Source: Podarcis pityusensis (lineage: Eukaryota). Taken from it: a stretch of 64,000 bases of DNA. The notes beneath the pieces were generated by a model. The model had not been told where the DNA came from. It saw only the letters and a list, made by a program, of their open reading frames with translations, and made no database searches. The position numbers were made by a program, and so were the translations under genes. Positions 48,954 to 63,543 of the stretch are shown here, piece by piece (within the stretch, counting starts at the first letter, position 1; each line of letters opens with the position of its first letter). Location of the stretch: the NCBI GenBank assembly GCA_964106645.2, contig OZ067039.1; one strand, written 5' to 3'.

Positions 48954-50282
48954 TTCTATAAATAAGCACAGAGGGTCATCATAACCAGTCAACATTAATT
49001 CTTCTTGCATTCTTTTCACTTTTAGAGTTAAGCTGCCTACTAAGCCAGGACTCATGGGATTATGAAATGTTGTCATCCCACCTTTTGAAAACTTAATTCA
49101 ACATTTAGAGCTAGCTGTTTGCTGAACCAGAGCCTACACAATTCAGATTATTTCTCATTTAAGTCTCTAAGATAAGCTTGACATTTGAGCTATTGAATCT
49201 TTGTCAATCATACTAGTCAGTCTCCAGTGATACAGCTCATGACAATCAAATTATCTGTGAATATGTATTTTACGGGGGTTGCATGGCTCTTGTTGGGGAA
49301 ATCTAATATGTTTCAGCAGCAGGTATGTATAAGAACATTCAGTATTCATTGTTTACTTATGTTTGTCAGTTCCCTTATTAAATCTAGGTTTTCCCTCTTG
49401 AGGTGGACTTCTTTTTTCTTTTCTTGTTGCTTTGCATTTGAAACATTCATATTTTCAATGACACAGAGGTGTGATTCAAAGCTCAAAAATAGTGAATGAA
49501 TGTGACACTTGGAAATAAAATTAAAGTCCAGCCTTGAGTTTATGGTCTAGGGTTGTTGTTTCTCTTTCTATCTCTATCACTAAGATGTTCATAGTCATAC
49601 ATTTAGAAGTCCCAGAATCCATCTGTCAACAATGCTAGAACATGCTGGGATATGCCTGTCCAAAGACAGGTTGGTCAAGCCAGTTCACTAAATATGTCAC
49701 AATAATTTCCAAACACTAATCTCTCTGTGTGTCGATGTATTGAAAGATACAGAAAAGACTAAATCTTCTGTCAAGCTAGATATTGATTTAGAATGTGACC
49801 ATTTAACAGTGAAGGAGTAACAGAAGGAATTTACATTCTTCTAAGATCAACAGCTTTTTGTTACACAGGAAGCTATACTTTGTCAAAGGAGACAAAGTTT
49901 ATGAACTCAAGAAACACAATTTACCAGTATCAGAGATCATTTGCCTAAATGTATCTTACATATTTTTCACAAGTAAGCATTATTTTAGCTTTTATGGTAT
50001 GTGTATTCATATACCCTGTATGCGCTCATTTGTCTTCATGTTCTAAAACAATCCTGTGTCATTTTGTATGGTTATGGCTTACTATTTATAGGAGTCTCCC
50101 CACCACCACTAGTGTGCTATGTGCATCATTTTTGTATCTATATTTTATCACAGTGTATATTATACATTTCTTTTAAAAAGTTGTGTATAAATGGCTGTGA
50201 AACAAGCAACGATTCTGAATTCTAAGCATATTGCATACATTTAGTGATAATATAATTATAAGGGTTTAAGCTGCAACAATAT

Positions 50283-50440
50283 CATCATCATCATCATCGA
50301 TTGAATTTGTATACCACCCTTCATCTGAGGATTACTGGGCAATTTACAATATTAAAAACACACACAAAAATACCATAGTAACAAACAAAAACAAAACTCC
50401 CAGTTTAAAAGGTGATATATTGTTTAATTAACCAAAGCCT
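50283..50440 (-). mobile_element. LINE (L2-like) 3' tail fragment
   Basis: (CAT)n followed by aatttgtataccacccttcatctgaggattactgggcaatttacaat and an A-rich stretch, typical of reversed squamate L2 3' ends. Confidence 0.5.
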
Positions 50441-51218
50441 AATTTATGCACTTTTCATTCAATCCTTTCTCCTCAACAAAGGGTGGTGGTGGTGAATGCT
50501 TGTATGTATTTACAACCCACCTCACAAGTTGTGTTACGGAAGTGGTGGGGACATGCAAACTCTCAGAACTCCCTAACTATGCAAGGAGGAAGAACCACTG
50601 TGGCTCACACAGTGTTACATTAGCACCTCACAATTGTCAGCTAAGGTTGTCCAGCTTTTCCTCCATTCTTTGGGTCATTCTATTAGCCAAATTCTATGGA
50701 TCCTTAAGTCCCACTGAATTCAATGGGGCTTTTGCCAATAAAGTGTGCACAGAGCTGCAGCTCAGGTTCTGCTACTATGTGTTTCCTCACAAGTCCTTTT
50801 CATTGCTTCTAAAATTCCACATCAGTGTTCTCATGTGCATTAATTTGAATGACCTGTACATTTCAATGGTCTCAATTATCATTCTTCAGATGACTGTGTT
50901 CTATTAATAGTTTTGTCCTCATGTGAGATTCCATATTTGTGCATTATTAAATTGCCCCAGCATCGTACACAGAACCACTGGTAGTTTGTGAAGATTGTTA
51001 CAGCAAAATGCTTACTTTTTTGGTTTGTTCATTCTTAGAGTTTGTGGGGGGAAACAGAGGTCAGCAGTACCTGAATTTTCAACCCCTTTGGTGAATACTG
51101 TAGTTTGTAATGTGGCTTTCCTTTAGAAATTCTCCTTGATTGACCATACATTGCCTTCTGTTATTGCCATGGTGGCTTGCATTGTGATGACATATGATGT
51201 TGCCATTTGAGTTTGCAT

Positions 51219-51244
51219 TGCTGCTGCTGCTGCTGCTGCTGCTG
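51219..51244. repeat. (TGC)8 microsatellite
   Basis: Seen directly. Confidence 0.9.
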
Positions 51245-52983
51245 TTTTTAATCAGTGATTCAATTTTGTTCAGTTGATAACTTTATTCCACAAGGTGGTA
51301 TGAAGCAGCACTTCTGAAGCCCACAAAATCAGAGAAATTTTGAACCAAGGTTTGATCGTCTATCTGAAGCAGCTAAATACGATGAGCAGGAAAACAGTCC
51401 CCAGCATGTAGGAATAAACAAGCAGCCTTTCTGATCAAGAGACCACAACTATCCCTTTGCATTTCTCCTCCCTTCTCTACCACAGCTCTTCTTGGGCAGT
51501 GGCTGATTTGGGCCCTGTTTACATTTTCGTCTGTGAAATAATCTTATTTCCTGAAGCCAAATACCAAAGGTATGACAAATGAGAGCATCTGTGCAAGTGC
51601 AGAGCTCCTACGCTTTAGAAGCTGCAAGCACGTGCACCAAGATATGATCACAAAAACAGGGAACCCCTGAATAGTTCTCATCCACTTTTTGACTGAGCTG
51701 TGTCACAGGGGATGTCCAGCAGATATGTCAGCACAATGTTCTGGAAATCACACCGGAGGTCAGATGCAGTTCCAAGAAATCTTTGTCCTGTTTATGACCA
51801 GATGTGTTTCTGGCCTTTATGAAGGACCACGGAAAGCCTCATCCTTGTTCCCCCACCCCCCAAAGGCCTTTCTGTTTTTAACATTTGACAGGGAAGGGGA
51901 AATACGACAGGCTTTAATAAATTCCTAAAATCCAGGAGAGGATGTCCTAGAATCTTTGAACTGGAGTGCAGGGGAAAGCAGACTTAAACGTAATACTCTT
52001 TTCTCAGCTGAAGAAGAAAATTCACTGCCTTTGTATTTTTTATAGCAACAGAAAGTCAGAGTCCCCAGTCTGCTGAGACAAAGGATAAGAAGTTGTGGGG
52101 GAAGAGACCACCTGCCAGAATTGAGGTTCCAGAATATCACCATCTGAACCATAACAAGTCTAAAGGGAAAGTGACGGGATGATCCTTTCTGGGACACAAA
52201 ACTGGACTTAGATGTAATCTGGGTGGAAGTATATGAAACCACTGGCTTCTCTGGAGCTTCAAGACATCTGCAGCATGATTGAATTCTTGGCATCAGAGTG
52301 ACTTCACTGTAGTGTTATCACTGCATGTAGACAGACTTTCAGTTTGCTCAATTAATGCTCACGAAGCTGTGGCTGGGGCCTCTGCTTCTGTAGCTCATTG
52401 ATGGCAAAATCCCCACAACTTTCTGTTTGTGCTTTTCAGAGCAGAAGTTGATTTATTCTTTTTATTTCCTCCTCCTCTTTTTCTTCTCTTTCCTGCATTT
52501 TCAAGCATGCTGGGGCCTCGTGCCATCAAGTCAGTGTGTTGAATACACGTGTGTTGAAGGAGCAGATTTAGGGAAACTGGAAAGCAGACTTCTTAAAATA
52601 ACTGGGAAAATTACAATACTAAAGCTGCAATATTAGTATGCCTGTAAGTCCCACTGGATTCAACTGGCCTTACATCTGAGTAAGCCTGCATAAGACTGAG
52701 GTTCACACCAGCTCCTTTCTTCTTTTAAGTCAGATGGCTTGCTTTGGGAAAAGGCTCTCTGTGCTTGCTGGGCATTCAGAATTTTGCCCCAAGCATGATA
52801 TAGTAAAAACAGAGAAGAGGATGTGGCATGACTGGGGTGGAGTGAGACAAGGAGATTTTTAAGCAAAGGATTAGAATGTCTGGGTAAAAAAAAAAAAAAA
52901 GAACCAATTAAATAATTAACCATTACTTGATTTTAATGATCTACATTTAACAAAATCAAATGATTTTACAATGAAGTGGAAAG

Positions 52984-53121
52984 CGCTGTAGATCAGTGGG
53001 AGTCATGCAGGAAGTTCAATCTCTGGAATCTCCAGGTAGGCTGAAATGGACCTGCCACCCCACACCGCCTGAAACTGCTGCTGCCAGTCACAATACAGAA
53101 CAGAAAGCAGCTTCCTATGTT
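52984..53121 (+). mobile_element. Degenerate tRNA-derived SINE copy
   Basis: gctgtagatcagtgg...gaagttcaatctctggaatctccaggtaggct...cctgaaactgctgctgccagtca...gcagcttcctatgtt. Confidence 0.65.
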
Positions 53122-53924
53122 GCATTTACTGATTATAGTAGAAATGATTTGTGGCTCCAAAATATCCAATAGGTAACCTTTTAAAATCTACTGGATTGCT
53201 CCTGCAATGTTTATTTCTCTCTCTTTTACAACAGATAATGCATATTTGATTACCATTGCTTTCTATGCAAATAGCACTGTTCTACTATTGCTATGGAAAT
53301 AATTTTTGTATTTGCATATGATTTACCTTTAAGCTTTCTTTTCCCCTAAGCATGTATTGCAACTTTATGTTGCAAATACTAAGAAGAAAGAAAACAACAA
53401 AAGCTTTAAATAGACAAGAGACTACAAATATAAAACTGTAGCTTGTTAGCAATTCTGAGGGATTTCACAATGATGATATACAAAAAAAACCGAATAGCTG
53501 CGCAATCCTCTACTTGTCTAGTCACAAGTAATCCCTACTGAGGCAAATGGGACTTACTCCCAAGTTATTCAGTGTAGAAATTGCAGTGTTGTAGTGACAT
53601 CATGACTTGGAAACAATGCTTTTTCAATTGGGATAAAACACTGTTAACTGTGGGTATTACTGATTTTTAAATTATTTTAACCCAGCTGGAAAAGCATTGC
53701 TTCCAAGGCACCAGATCACCACAATACTTGTTCTTACCTCAAATTTAACTGCAACCATTTATCTTTTGAAAGCATATTTCAGGAGTGCTGTTTGTTACCA
53801 TGGAGATATAATGTACTGTAATGCCACGAGCTTTTTCTCAGTGAACTGTGCTAATTTGTTTTAAAATGTTATAAACCCTTAAAGGTTGGGCTTTCTTTTA
53901 AGACCGTTGTAGCCATTTGACAGA

Positions 53925-53959
<35 letters not shown>
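53925..53959. repeat. (AAGC)8 microsatellite
   Basis: Seen directly. Confidence 0.9.
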
Positions 53960-55434
53960 AAAGAAAGAACTTGAGCAAAGTGTATTTGATCTGGATATAT
54001 CAAAATTATGAGCCTGCCAGTCTTGCCTCTGTTTTCCATAGAAAGAAACCCAAGGAAGCAGACTGCTCCATGGTCATGCAGTGAGCCGAGGTTCAGCTCA
54101 CTATAATTCAAAATGCTGCTGTTCATAGAAGAAAACTGGTTAAGGCTTGGTCTTATTTCCTTTCACAAAACTCAAATCTCTGTGCATGTGAGAAGGAGCA
54201 GCAGCTATTGATTCCCCAGGGGGAGCAAGCTGAGCAATGATTCTTTACTGAAGCCTCAAAATTTGGCTGAGAATCTCTGGAGCAGACATTTAGGAGGAAG
54301 ATTGGCATCCTTAATTAAAAGTTTAGCCTGCATTAAGCCAACTTGCCGCCTTTCCATATGTTAAATTCCACTGCTCCCCAATAGGTTTATATTGGCAAGT
54401 GGAGCCTGAGTGCATTCATGGTTCATATCATTCATCATTTTTTCATCAAAAGCATGGAAATCCTTTCCCCAGTGTGCAGAGCAGTTTTACAGAAATACTA
54501 TAAAACTCGACAGGGGCTCTGTTTCAATAGAATTACATTGGTATCAGTAGCCTGGTAAATATCAGAGTTGAAATTAATCAAAGGGGCTTATGGAACCAAT
54601 TCCAAATATATTATACAACAAAACAGGTTTTACATAGAAAGGTCATTTGGAACTTCCCTATCAACCTCACTCTTTTTAAGAAGATGGGGGCGGATATGGA
54701 GGAGTGAGGAAATAAAAATAATGCAATGGTTTATCTAGGAGGACAGGAAGGTGAATGTTCCTGCTTCACCTCCTGCTTCAGGAACTCTTTGAGAAAGCTG
54801 TGAAAGGTGAAAATCATATTTGTCTCCAGTTTCTAAGGCACAAATCCAAAACTTTAGCTGAGCCTACCTTTTTTTAAGGCCCCTTTTTATAAACAATCCA
54901 ATAATGCATAATATGTAAACAGGATGTGGAACATTTGCTAGTGGCACAGACTCAACATATGCAGCAAGAAGCAGTCTCATGCTTGCAATTGTCCACCTAC
55001 ACTGCATATGTTTCCATAGGGTTCCATATTTATGTAGACAGCTGCCCAACAGCATGTCCAGTAGTTCAACAGAACAGATTGGTAGCAGAAGTTGTGTAGC
55101 CATTCCTGGATCAATGCTATAAATGTATTTGACCACAGAAAGGGTTCTGCATGAAAACATTCTTCTAAACAGAACAGACAGAGCAGAAAAATAGAGTTGC
55201 TTATTTTGAGGTAGATGTTCAATGAACGGTTTGACTGTTGAGAATACAATGTAAGATTAAAATAGGCACTTAGGTTGCAACACTAATATACTTACTCAGG
55301 AGTAAGCCCAATTGAACTCAATAGGATTTATTTCTAAGTTGGCATGTATAGGATTCTGGGGTTAGTTTCCCTTTTAATTTGGAAACTGTGCTAGAAATTA
55401 ATCCTCCTGGTGAGATGGGGCAGGGACAGCTGCC

Positions 55435-55436
<2 letters not shown>

Positions 55437-55478
<42 letters not shown>
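55437..55478. repeat. (GA)21 microsatellite
   Basis: Seen directly. Confidence 0.95.
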
Positions 55479-55480
<2 letters not shown>

Positions 55481-56362
55481 AGGAGCTTTGGGTCATTTCT
55501 AAGTCCCAATAGTACCACTCTACTGATAACGCAACTCTTTCTTGCATTAATTTTATGGGACATGAATTATATCCTTCATCTCTCAAACATGATGCCTTCT
55601 TGAACCACTGGCATTTCATTTCTGCCTTTGACCACCCAGTAGCATACAGCAGCCTGGCTCCTTTTCTGCTTCCAGGCTGCTTCAGTAGGCCTTGGCATGA
55701 TCCCAACCCTGCCACTTCATGTGATATCCCTACTCAATCTGTCATCTCTTTTCCTGTTGTGTGGCTTCTTTCCAAGTTGCAGTAAGGAGCTCATCACACT
55801 TGCTGGTCTAGCAAAAGGTTTCCTTTCCTTTCCTTTTTCCATTTGCTTAGTATTGGCTTCTCTGAATGGTGCAGAGCTGAGGGTGCCCGCTTAAATTTTT
55901 CTATACAAAAAGCTAGCAGGACAGACAAGTGACAAAGCAGCATAATTCTATAAGTGATAAAGTTGCAATTTATTTAAAAATTATTTAATCTGACCATTTT
56001 AGATTCTTAAGAAAAGTATTACCCATTTCATATGTCTTTCGTTTCCTCCAATAAAAATGTTCACATTCCATTAAATTGTTTACTTTTGTTTGTTTTTGCC
56101 CACTGATTTTTAAAGAAAGCTGCTGAAATTAAGGGATTGTATTATTCGTTTTTTTCCTATCCTTCATTAATTTAATGTTTTAAAGGTCATGGGACTATCT
56201 TTTTTTAAATTACTCTGTTCATGTGCCATTCACTTATGAAGCTTTTGCAGCAAAGAGCTCTTCCTTTTTGAGCTCCCATTTGTACCTACAAAGACTACAG
56301 TGTTACTTTCAGATCAAAAATTGGAATTAAATGTTCTGTCAACTAGGATTTTGTTAAAACAC

Positions 56363-56404
<42 letters not shown>
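56363..56404. repeat. (ACA)14 microsatellite
   Basis: Seen directly. Confidence 0.95.
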
Positions 56405-59116
56405 GACCTTCATAAATTTTCAATTTTTGAACATCTATCATGTATATGTTTTTAAAAGGAAGAAAAACTGTTTGTACATATGGAGAATTAAAATACATAT
56501 ACAACTTCAGAAACAAACAAATCAAATTTACTTTTCCAGTGTACCTTCAAAGTAACTCAGTCTTTCTGTGTTTTCTTAACAGTGAATCTATTGCCTATTC
56601 AGAAATACCAGCTCAGATAGTATGGTGAAGTGACAGATGGAAAGCGCAGGGATGAAGGAAAGCAGTTTAGCACAGCATGTCTGTTAGAGTAAATGGATGA
56701 AATTGCATTATTATGGACAAACACCCCACACAACCTCTTAACAGAATGGCAGGAGTTACTTCATATCAGCCAATAAATACTTGCAAGAATTATGAACTTT
56801 GCTGCATGCTTGCTTGGCAGGCAGTTACTCACTTTTACTCTCACAAGGCATTGACATTTCATTAGATGCATTGATTTAAATGTATTAAATGCAAGTGCAA
56901 ATGAATCAGGACTAAATGGTTGAAAGAATCAAGTCTTATGAAGAAACATTCTCAGCTATATAGGATGGAAGATGAGTTGCTGGTAAAGCTGATGGCAAAT
57001 GCAGAAAGTGGGTTAATTTCTTAATCTGAATTGTGTCCAAACCTCATATTTCTACGAAGATCAGCCTACTGGCAGATTATCTGATGAAGTGGAAATTAAT
57101 ACTATTATCAGTAGAGATATGGCTCAGACTGTTAGAAGGTAACTTTTCACAAAACTGTTTTAGCACGATTGTTTTTAAACGTCCCAAAAGCAAAACATCC
57201 CTAGATGGACAAGAGTACTCTTTGACAAAGCCCATGCCTCAGAAGAATTCCCCCTCGTGCAAAATACCACACCAGTCAGTTTGCATTAATTAACAGAAAG
57301 CAACCATAAGAAACCACAGCAAAATAGTGTTGAGCTGCTATTGAGCCAGGGGTTTCCAACCTGTAGCCTAGCGCTGCATTGTCTTTACATCCATTAGCTT
57401 TGGCAGATGTGTTTGCTGTGGCTCACATGGCTAAAAGGGAAGAAAAATCCACCAACGTGTTGCTCTCACATTCTGAAATCAAGGGAGGTTCATACGCCGA
57501 ATCATAAACTTCAACAGAAAATATTTTCCAGACTTTTGGCAAACTTCACAAAACAATATTCACAAAGCAAACAGTCAGCCGGATGTAAAGGAGACAAACA
57601 TTTAGTTACGGTTTTTATAGTTATGGATTAAATATTCTGCGGCTGATGGAACTTGAGCGATGCAGTGTCGGACTCTGAATTAGCAAAGTATAGGGGTCCC
57701 CCACAACTCTTGCAGTCTAATGTTCAGTGCTCTATCCTTCATCAATCATCAGGCCCTGGGTGGTACAGCATGACTAAGATCAGTGTTTTATAATGTCTGT
57801 CCCACTGCATGGAAATTTAATCACATCCACAGAGTCAGGAGCACAGGTTATGTTGGGACGAGACTTTTGTTTCACTGGGCCACAGACAAGTTTTAAGTGC
57901 TGATCCCCATTGCACTAGCCACCACATTAACCTGGCCCAAGCTGAATAGTTTCCACCTGCTTGGTTAAAAACTAAACAAAACTAAGCAGAGTTTTCGAAA
58001 TCTTGCACAAACATGACATCATTGTTTTTTAAAGGAACAAAATGAAACAACTTGAATTCTTTGCAGTCCATCTAGAAGAGAGAATGTCAGTTGAAAATTG
58101 TAATACTAGCAACATTCATTGCACAGTCAAATGCAAATAGGTTTCTATTAGGATAAGCAGGCAAAAAACAAGGTTGCTGTTGTGTCAGTGGAAAAACGGA
58201 TATTGGGCAGCACTGATAAATTTTTTTTCAGAGGAGGAGAGAAGGGTACTACTTTTTAAAGCAAATTAATGAAATTAAGCCCACTGTTATGAGGACATTA
58301 ATAAGCAAACCATTCAACAGAAATTTTGAGTACAGTACTTTAGAAGTGGTTCCTTAAAATCAAGGAAACTAAGAGGCAAATGTTTTATTTAGCTATGGAG
58401 CTTCTAAACTGACCCTTCTTGTAAATAGATTCCAGAGTAGTTTGAAAAAATTAAAGAATCAACCAGTAAAATGCAATTAAAATTTTAAATCCTACACCAA
58501 CATTTCTAAAGACCCTCACAAATGAAGAGATAAAACAACCCAAGGATTTTGGATAATCTAATTAATTCTACAAAGACAAAGGAAATCAAAGGTGTCTGGG
58601 CAATATTCAATGACCACATTCTGTCCATGAGAGGATTTCCACTTGTGCAACAGGTGTCCACCCTCTCTCCTCCCCCCACATGCACACTGCACCCTTCCCA
58701 AATAAGCTCCAGAGGGTTGAGGGAATCCCTATAACAGATTTAGGTGCATTGAGTTAGAGGGACTAGTGGTATATTGTTGTTCTGATGGTGTATAGCAGGA
58801 AGCCAATGAACCCGCTATCTTCCTTAAGATTTCCGAAGATATGGGTGCTGTTTTCCCTCTGAACCTGATTCTAGCTGGTAGTAGATGTATGACATCCAAA
58901 TCCAAGATCCAAATCTTGTTTTGCTTGAAGAGGTGCCAAGCCCTGTATAAGTTCCTTGAAGCAGCCATATGCTTATTCGAACCCAGTTGTCAGCCTAGTC
59001 AACATTTTGCATCCTCAACAACGACCTAGACCTATGATAGTTCTGTGGGCATTGGCGGGGAATGTCACTAAATAAATGGTGGGGAAAACCCATAGCCACA
59101 GAAAATTCTGCAGATA

Positions 59117-59358
59117 CAGTGGTACCTTGGTTCTCGAACGGCTTAGTTGTCGAACAAATTGGCTCCCAAACGCCGCAAACCCAGAAGTAAGTGTTCCAGT
59201 TTGCGAATGTTTCTCGGAAGCCGAACATCCAATGCGGTTTCCGCTTGAGTGCAAAAAGCTTCTGCAGCCAATCAGAAGCCACACCTTGGTTTTCGAACGA
59301 TTTCGGGAGTCGAACAGACTCCTGGAACGAATTGAGTTCGAGAACCAAGGTACCACTG
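59117..59358. mobile_element. Tc1/mariner-like MITE, 242 bp, perfect TIRs
   Basis: TA|CAGTGGTACCTTGGTTCTCGAAC ... GTTCGAGAACCAAGGTACCACTG|TA, a perfect 23-bp TIR; CpG-rich, with repeated CGAAC motifs. Confidence 0.92.
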
Positions 59359-60332
59359 TATTTTCTTATTTGTGTGTGCTGGGGGGGGGGGGTTGTTTTC
59401 TTTTTTAAAAAAATATTCTGATAAATGTTGGTTTACCTCTAGTTCTTGTACCTCTTTCTCTCTGCATCTCTCTTACCCTTCATCTGTGTTAGGAAAGGGG
59501 CCATGTGTTAAGCTTTCTTTTTGTTGCGTGCAGCCTTTGTTACTTAGCTGAGTTACTTACTCAGAATTAAATTGTCAGCTTCATTACCAAACATACTTTC
59601 CCAGTGCTCTGCCAGCAATTTGCCAATAAGCATGCTATTCCCCTCAGGAAAGCAGAGCAGCTTGAAAAATATTAAAACTTTGTTGTGTCACAGTTGCTTC
59701 CCTCCCAACTGCGGGCTTGATTTTCTTTCCTCTTTCAGATCTGCCTGCTCTTGTGGATTCCAAACCTGCCAAGCAATGATGTCAAGAGATCTTTTCTCTC
59801 GCCCCCTCTCCCCTTACTTAGTGCCCACATTCAGTGATGTGGCTGTTTCACCCTCCCCTGCTGCTGAAATTCCAGCTTATTCAAAAGGTTCAGGCTGTTC
59901 TGAGTGGCCCACATTAGTTGGGCATGTTTCCTTTCTATCAGATGAATGAGGTGGGTGCACAATACATCTGCCTCCCACAGACATACACTTAGCTGAAATG
60001 CAAGGCCTTGCCCAAAGCAGAGAGAGAGAGATTGGAGAGCATAAGCAGGGGCACTGTATATGGCTGCAGTTATTCCATGAATTTCAAATATTGGCTTCTA
60101 TTGCCATATTCCTGAGATTCTCAGCTTTCACTTCTAGCCCTCCTGGTTCCAAACATAACATTTTAAAAGCAAAAGCAACATCTGCTAAAAGCTATGAGAC
60201 GGGGGTGGGGGTGTCTCAGAGGAGCTTCCAGCATGCAAGTTTCTTGCAGTTTCCCTGTTCACAATTCCCTGTCTCTACCATACACAAAAACACATTCCTA
60301 ACAGTTTTTACCTCCCATACCTCACTCCTCCT

Positions 60333-60516
60333 TAGGAACATAGGAAGCTATCTTATACCAAGTCAGACCATTGGTCCATCTAGTCATGTACTGTTAGTAC
60401 TGACAGGAAGCAGCTCTCCATGATTTCAGGTAAGGAATCTTTTCTAGCCCTACGTAGAGATGCCTAGATGCCAGGGATTAAACCAGGAACCTTCTGAATG
60501 CACTGATCTACAGCCT
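60333..60516 (-). mobile_element. tRNA-derived SINE
   Basis: aggaacataggaagctatcttataccaagtcagaccattggtccatctag...cagggattaaaccaggaaccttctg...actgatctacagcc is the reverse complement of the family at 48452. Confidence 0.75.
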
Positions 60517-61782
60517 CCTTTCCCTTCACTTTTGCATTCATTTACAGTTAGGAGACAGAACATGCTTAACTTTAGTGTGGGTAGCATTGTCTTATCTAGC
60601 CTTTTATCTCTTCTGTTGATGCTGAACAGATTTTGCATCTAATGCATAGCAAACATTCAAATTTTAAAAGATGGAGCACATAGGTAGATAAGTAGATTTT
60701 GTATAAATCCTCCTGTTGACAGGAAGAAATCATCATCATCATCATTGTTATCATTATTGTTGTTGTTATTATTATTATCTGGGTGGCCCCAAAGGCTTTG
60801 TAGGAATGGCTTGGCTGCCATTGTCTTTTAAGTTCCTGTTTCTTTTCCACTGAACTCCAGTTTTCATATGTGCAACTGCACATTTTTACATCATCTTGGA
60901 AAATGAATCTGGGGTAGAAACTTAGTAACGGATAAATAAAATCCTTGATTGTAAATAAACTTACTTTGCTTTGTAGGATTTTGCCAAGCACTGATCGATG
61001 AGCCACTCAATGAAGGAAACTTTTAGCTTTCTATTATTTTGTCCAGATAATAAAGCTGTTTTCATATGGATTAGGGATATATTTGTCTCTCTGTGTGTAT
61101 GCATGGTAGATCTGTGTCTATGTGTATTTGCAAAAGAAATAGTCTTTGTCTTCCCAGATACTAAGCCTATTGAATGGAGCCCAGTGTTTGCTGGTATGCA
61201 CACCTGTGGGAAGGGGAGGGAAGGCGAGCTTTTGTTTTGATGTGAGAGGCCCATATGCTGATCTGAATAACCTCAACAATCCATTCACACCTTTGTCTTT
61301 CTTCTCCTATGTCTGAGGTCCCTTTTCCACTTCTTTGTTTTTACTTGTCTAGTCACACGTGTTCTGAATAGCTGCTCTGAGCCATTCAACGTTTCTGCAT
61401 GTGTGCCTGTGCTTATGCGTTTGAAGAGCGGGAATGGTGAGGAGGGGGGAGCGAAGAGGAGGGGGAAAGGCTGATAAGCTGTGACAAGTTGGACAAAACA
61501 GACTTCTGATCTCTCCCCCCCCCCCTTTAAAAATCCTGAAAGCATTATGGTTTCTTGGACATAGCACATAGTCCAGACAAGTGGAGCTTTCAGAACTGAA
61601 CTGCCCAGATCTCTTTCCTGTAATAGCAGTTGCAGGACCAGCTTCTCATATAGCTAAATTCCATACCTTTCAAAGGGGAGAGAGGTCTGTAAAGGTTTGC
61701 ACAAGCTCACACATCTCCCATGGAAGCGGAGCCGGGGTCAATCCCTTGGGCTGCTCCAATTCTCCCACAGCCCAACAGGCAA

Positions 61783-61785
<3 letters not shown>

Positions 61786-61818
<33 letters not shown>
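61786..61818. repeat. (GA)16 microsatellite
   Basis: Seen directly. Confidence 0.95.
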
Positions 61819-61820
<2 letters not shown>

Positions 61821-61957
61821 TCGGAACTGAATTGTTTGTTTCTCTCAGGAGTAAGATTCCAGCTCTAGCTCCTGACAGTAATGAATCATCCCAATCCTGA
61901 ACAAAAGTAGGGAAAAACTGGAAGAAAGCACTGTTGAGAACACAAAGGTAGGGAGAA

Positions 61958-61981
61958 GCTGCTGCTGCTGCTGCTGCTGCT
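61958..61981. repeat. (GCT)8 microsatellite
   Basis: Seen directly. Confidence 0.9.
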
Positions 61982-63123
61982 ATCACTACTACTGTGATTC
62001 TTGGTCACAGAGCCAGCCAGAACTAGAGAGCAGAATAATCCTCAGGTGCCATATTGATGGACAGCCTGCATGGGCAGTGTAGGAGAGGGAGAGAGAGAGG
62101 TGTATTGTGGCCTAGGATTCTCCACACCAGAATCAATCAACACCCACAGCTTCACCAGTGACACCCAGAATTAAAACCATGAAATGATTCTGTGTGTTTT
62201 TTTCTAACCAGAATAACACCCCAAGCTTGCAAAAGGGGCTGTGCTGCTTACTTAAAGAGGAACAAAAATAGTTCAAAGATTTTCAAGCAATGGTGCCATC
62301 ACGACAAGACTCTGGGAGCAGAGATCCAGGGCCCTGTTCAGTAGAATGAACAGGATGGCTCCCAAATGCAGAACAGCAGGCTTCTCAAGCTGTGAAATCA
62401 TTGAAGTAACACACATTACAAAAAATGAAGGAGGGGGTTTTAGGCACCTAAGACTATTAAGTTCAAAGACTAACATTACCTAAGTGCATCCCTACTTTTG
62501 AGCATGTACATCTGGACAAGCCAGCCCTGAGGACTCCAAGATCCAGGTCCTGCAAAAACAGTGTCTACCTAACACTGTCATCATTAGATAGCTACACTTT
62601 TTTCAGCATGCCAGACAGGGGGAAAAAGTTGTAGGAACCATTTTAAAATTAGGATATTAGTATGTTTCCTCCTTTCATGCAATATATGTCTTCTTTCCCA
62701 TGATAGACTGCTACAAACGTGTAGTTTGTTTTCAAAAGCCCCCCCCCCCCCCACTTAAGACCCTTTCTTCCAAGTGTTGCAAGCCTAAGCTGCCACATAT
62801 AGGGATCAGTGTATAATAAGCAACTCACTTTTTCAGCTTCAGTTCTTTATAGTAAGCTCAGTAATGGATAGTATATCCAAGTTTATGAGCCATAGCTCCT
62901 TTACCAGTACCGTAAGACCAGCTGTGTAGACACAAATCAGGCTCTGAAGAGGTGTGATTGCTCTGTTTGTGCCTGGCTTTTTCCTTTAATTCCCCCACTC
63001 TCAACCCATGAGTGTGGCTGTGAAGAAGAAAAAGAGGAGAGGCAAAAGAGTCCAAAGAATTCGATGCAATTTGGAATTTTGAATATAAATAGGCTGGAAG
63101 CAGACAATAAGTCTGCCATCTTA

Positions 63124-63543
<420 letters not shown>

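Noticed and set aside
50446-50907. 153-aa ORF, the longest in the track
   Set aside because: No domain similarity; it runs through a degenerate palindromic repeat and has an intron-like, F/L/S-rich composition.
58995-59421. Cluster of four overlapping 76-117-aa ORFs
   Set aside because: Explained by the GC-rich, stop-poor 242-bp MITE; no transposase motifs.
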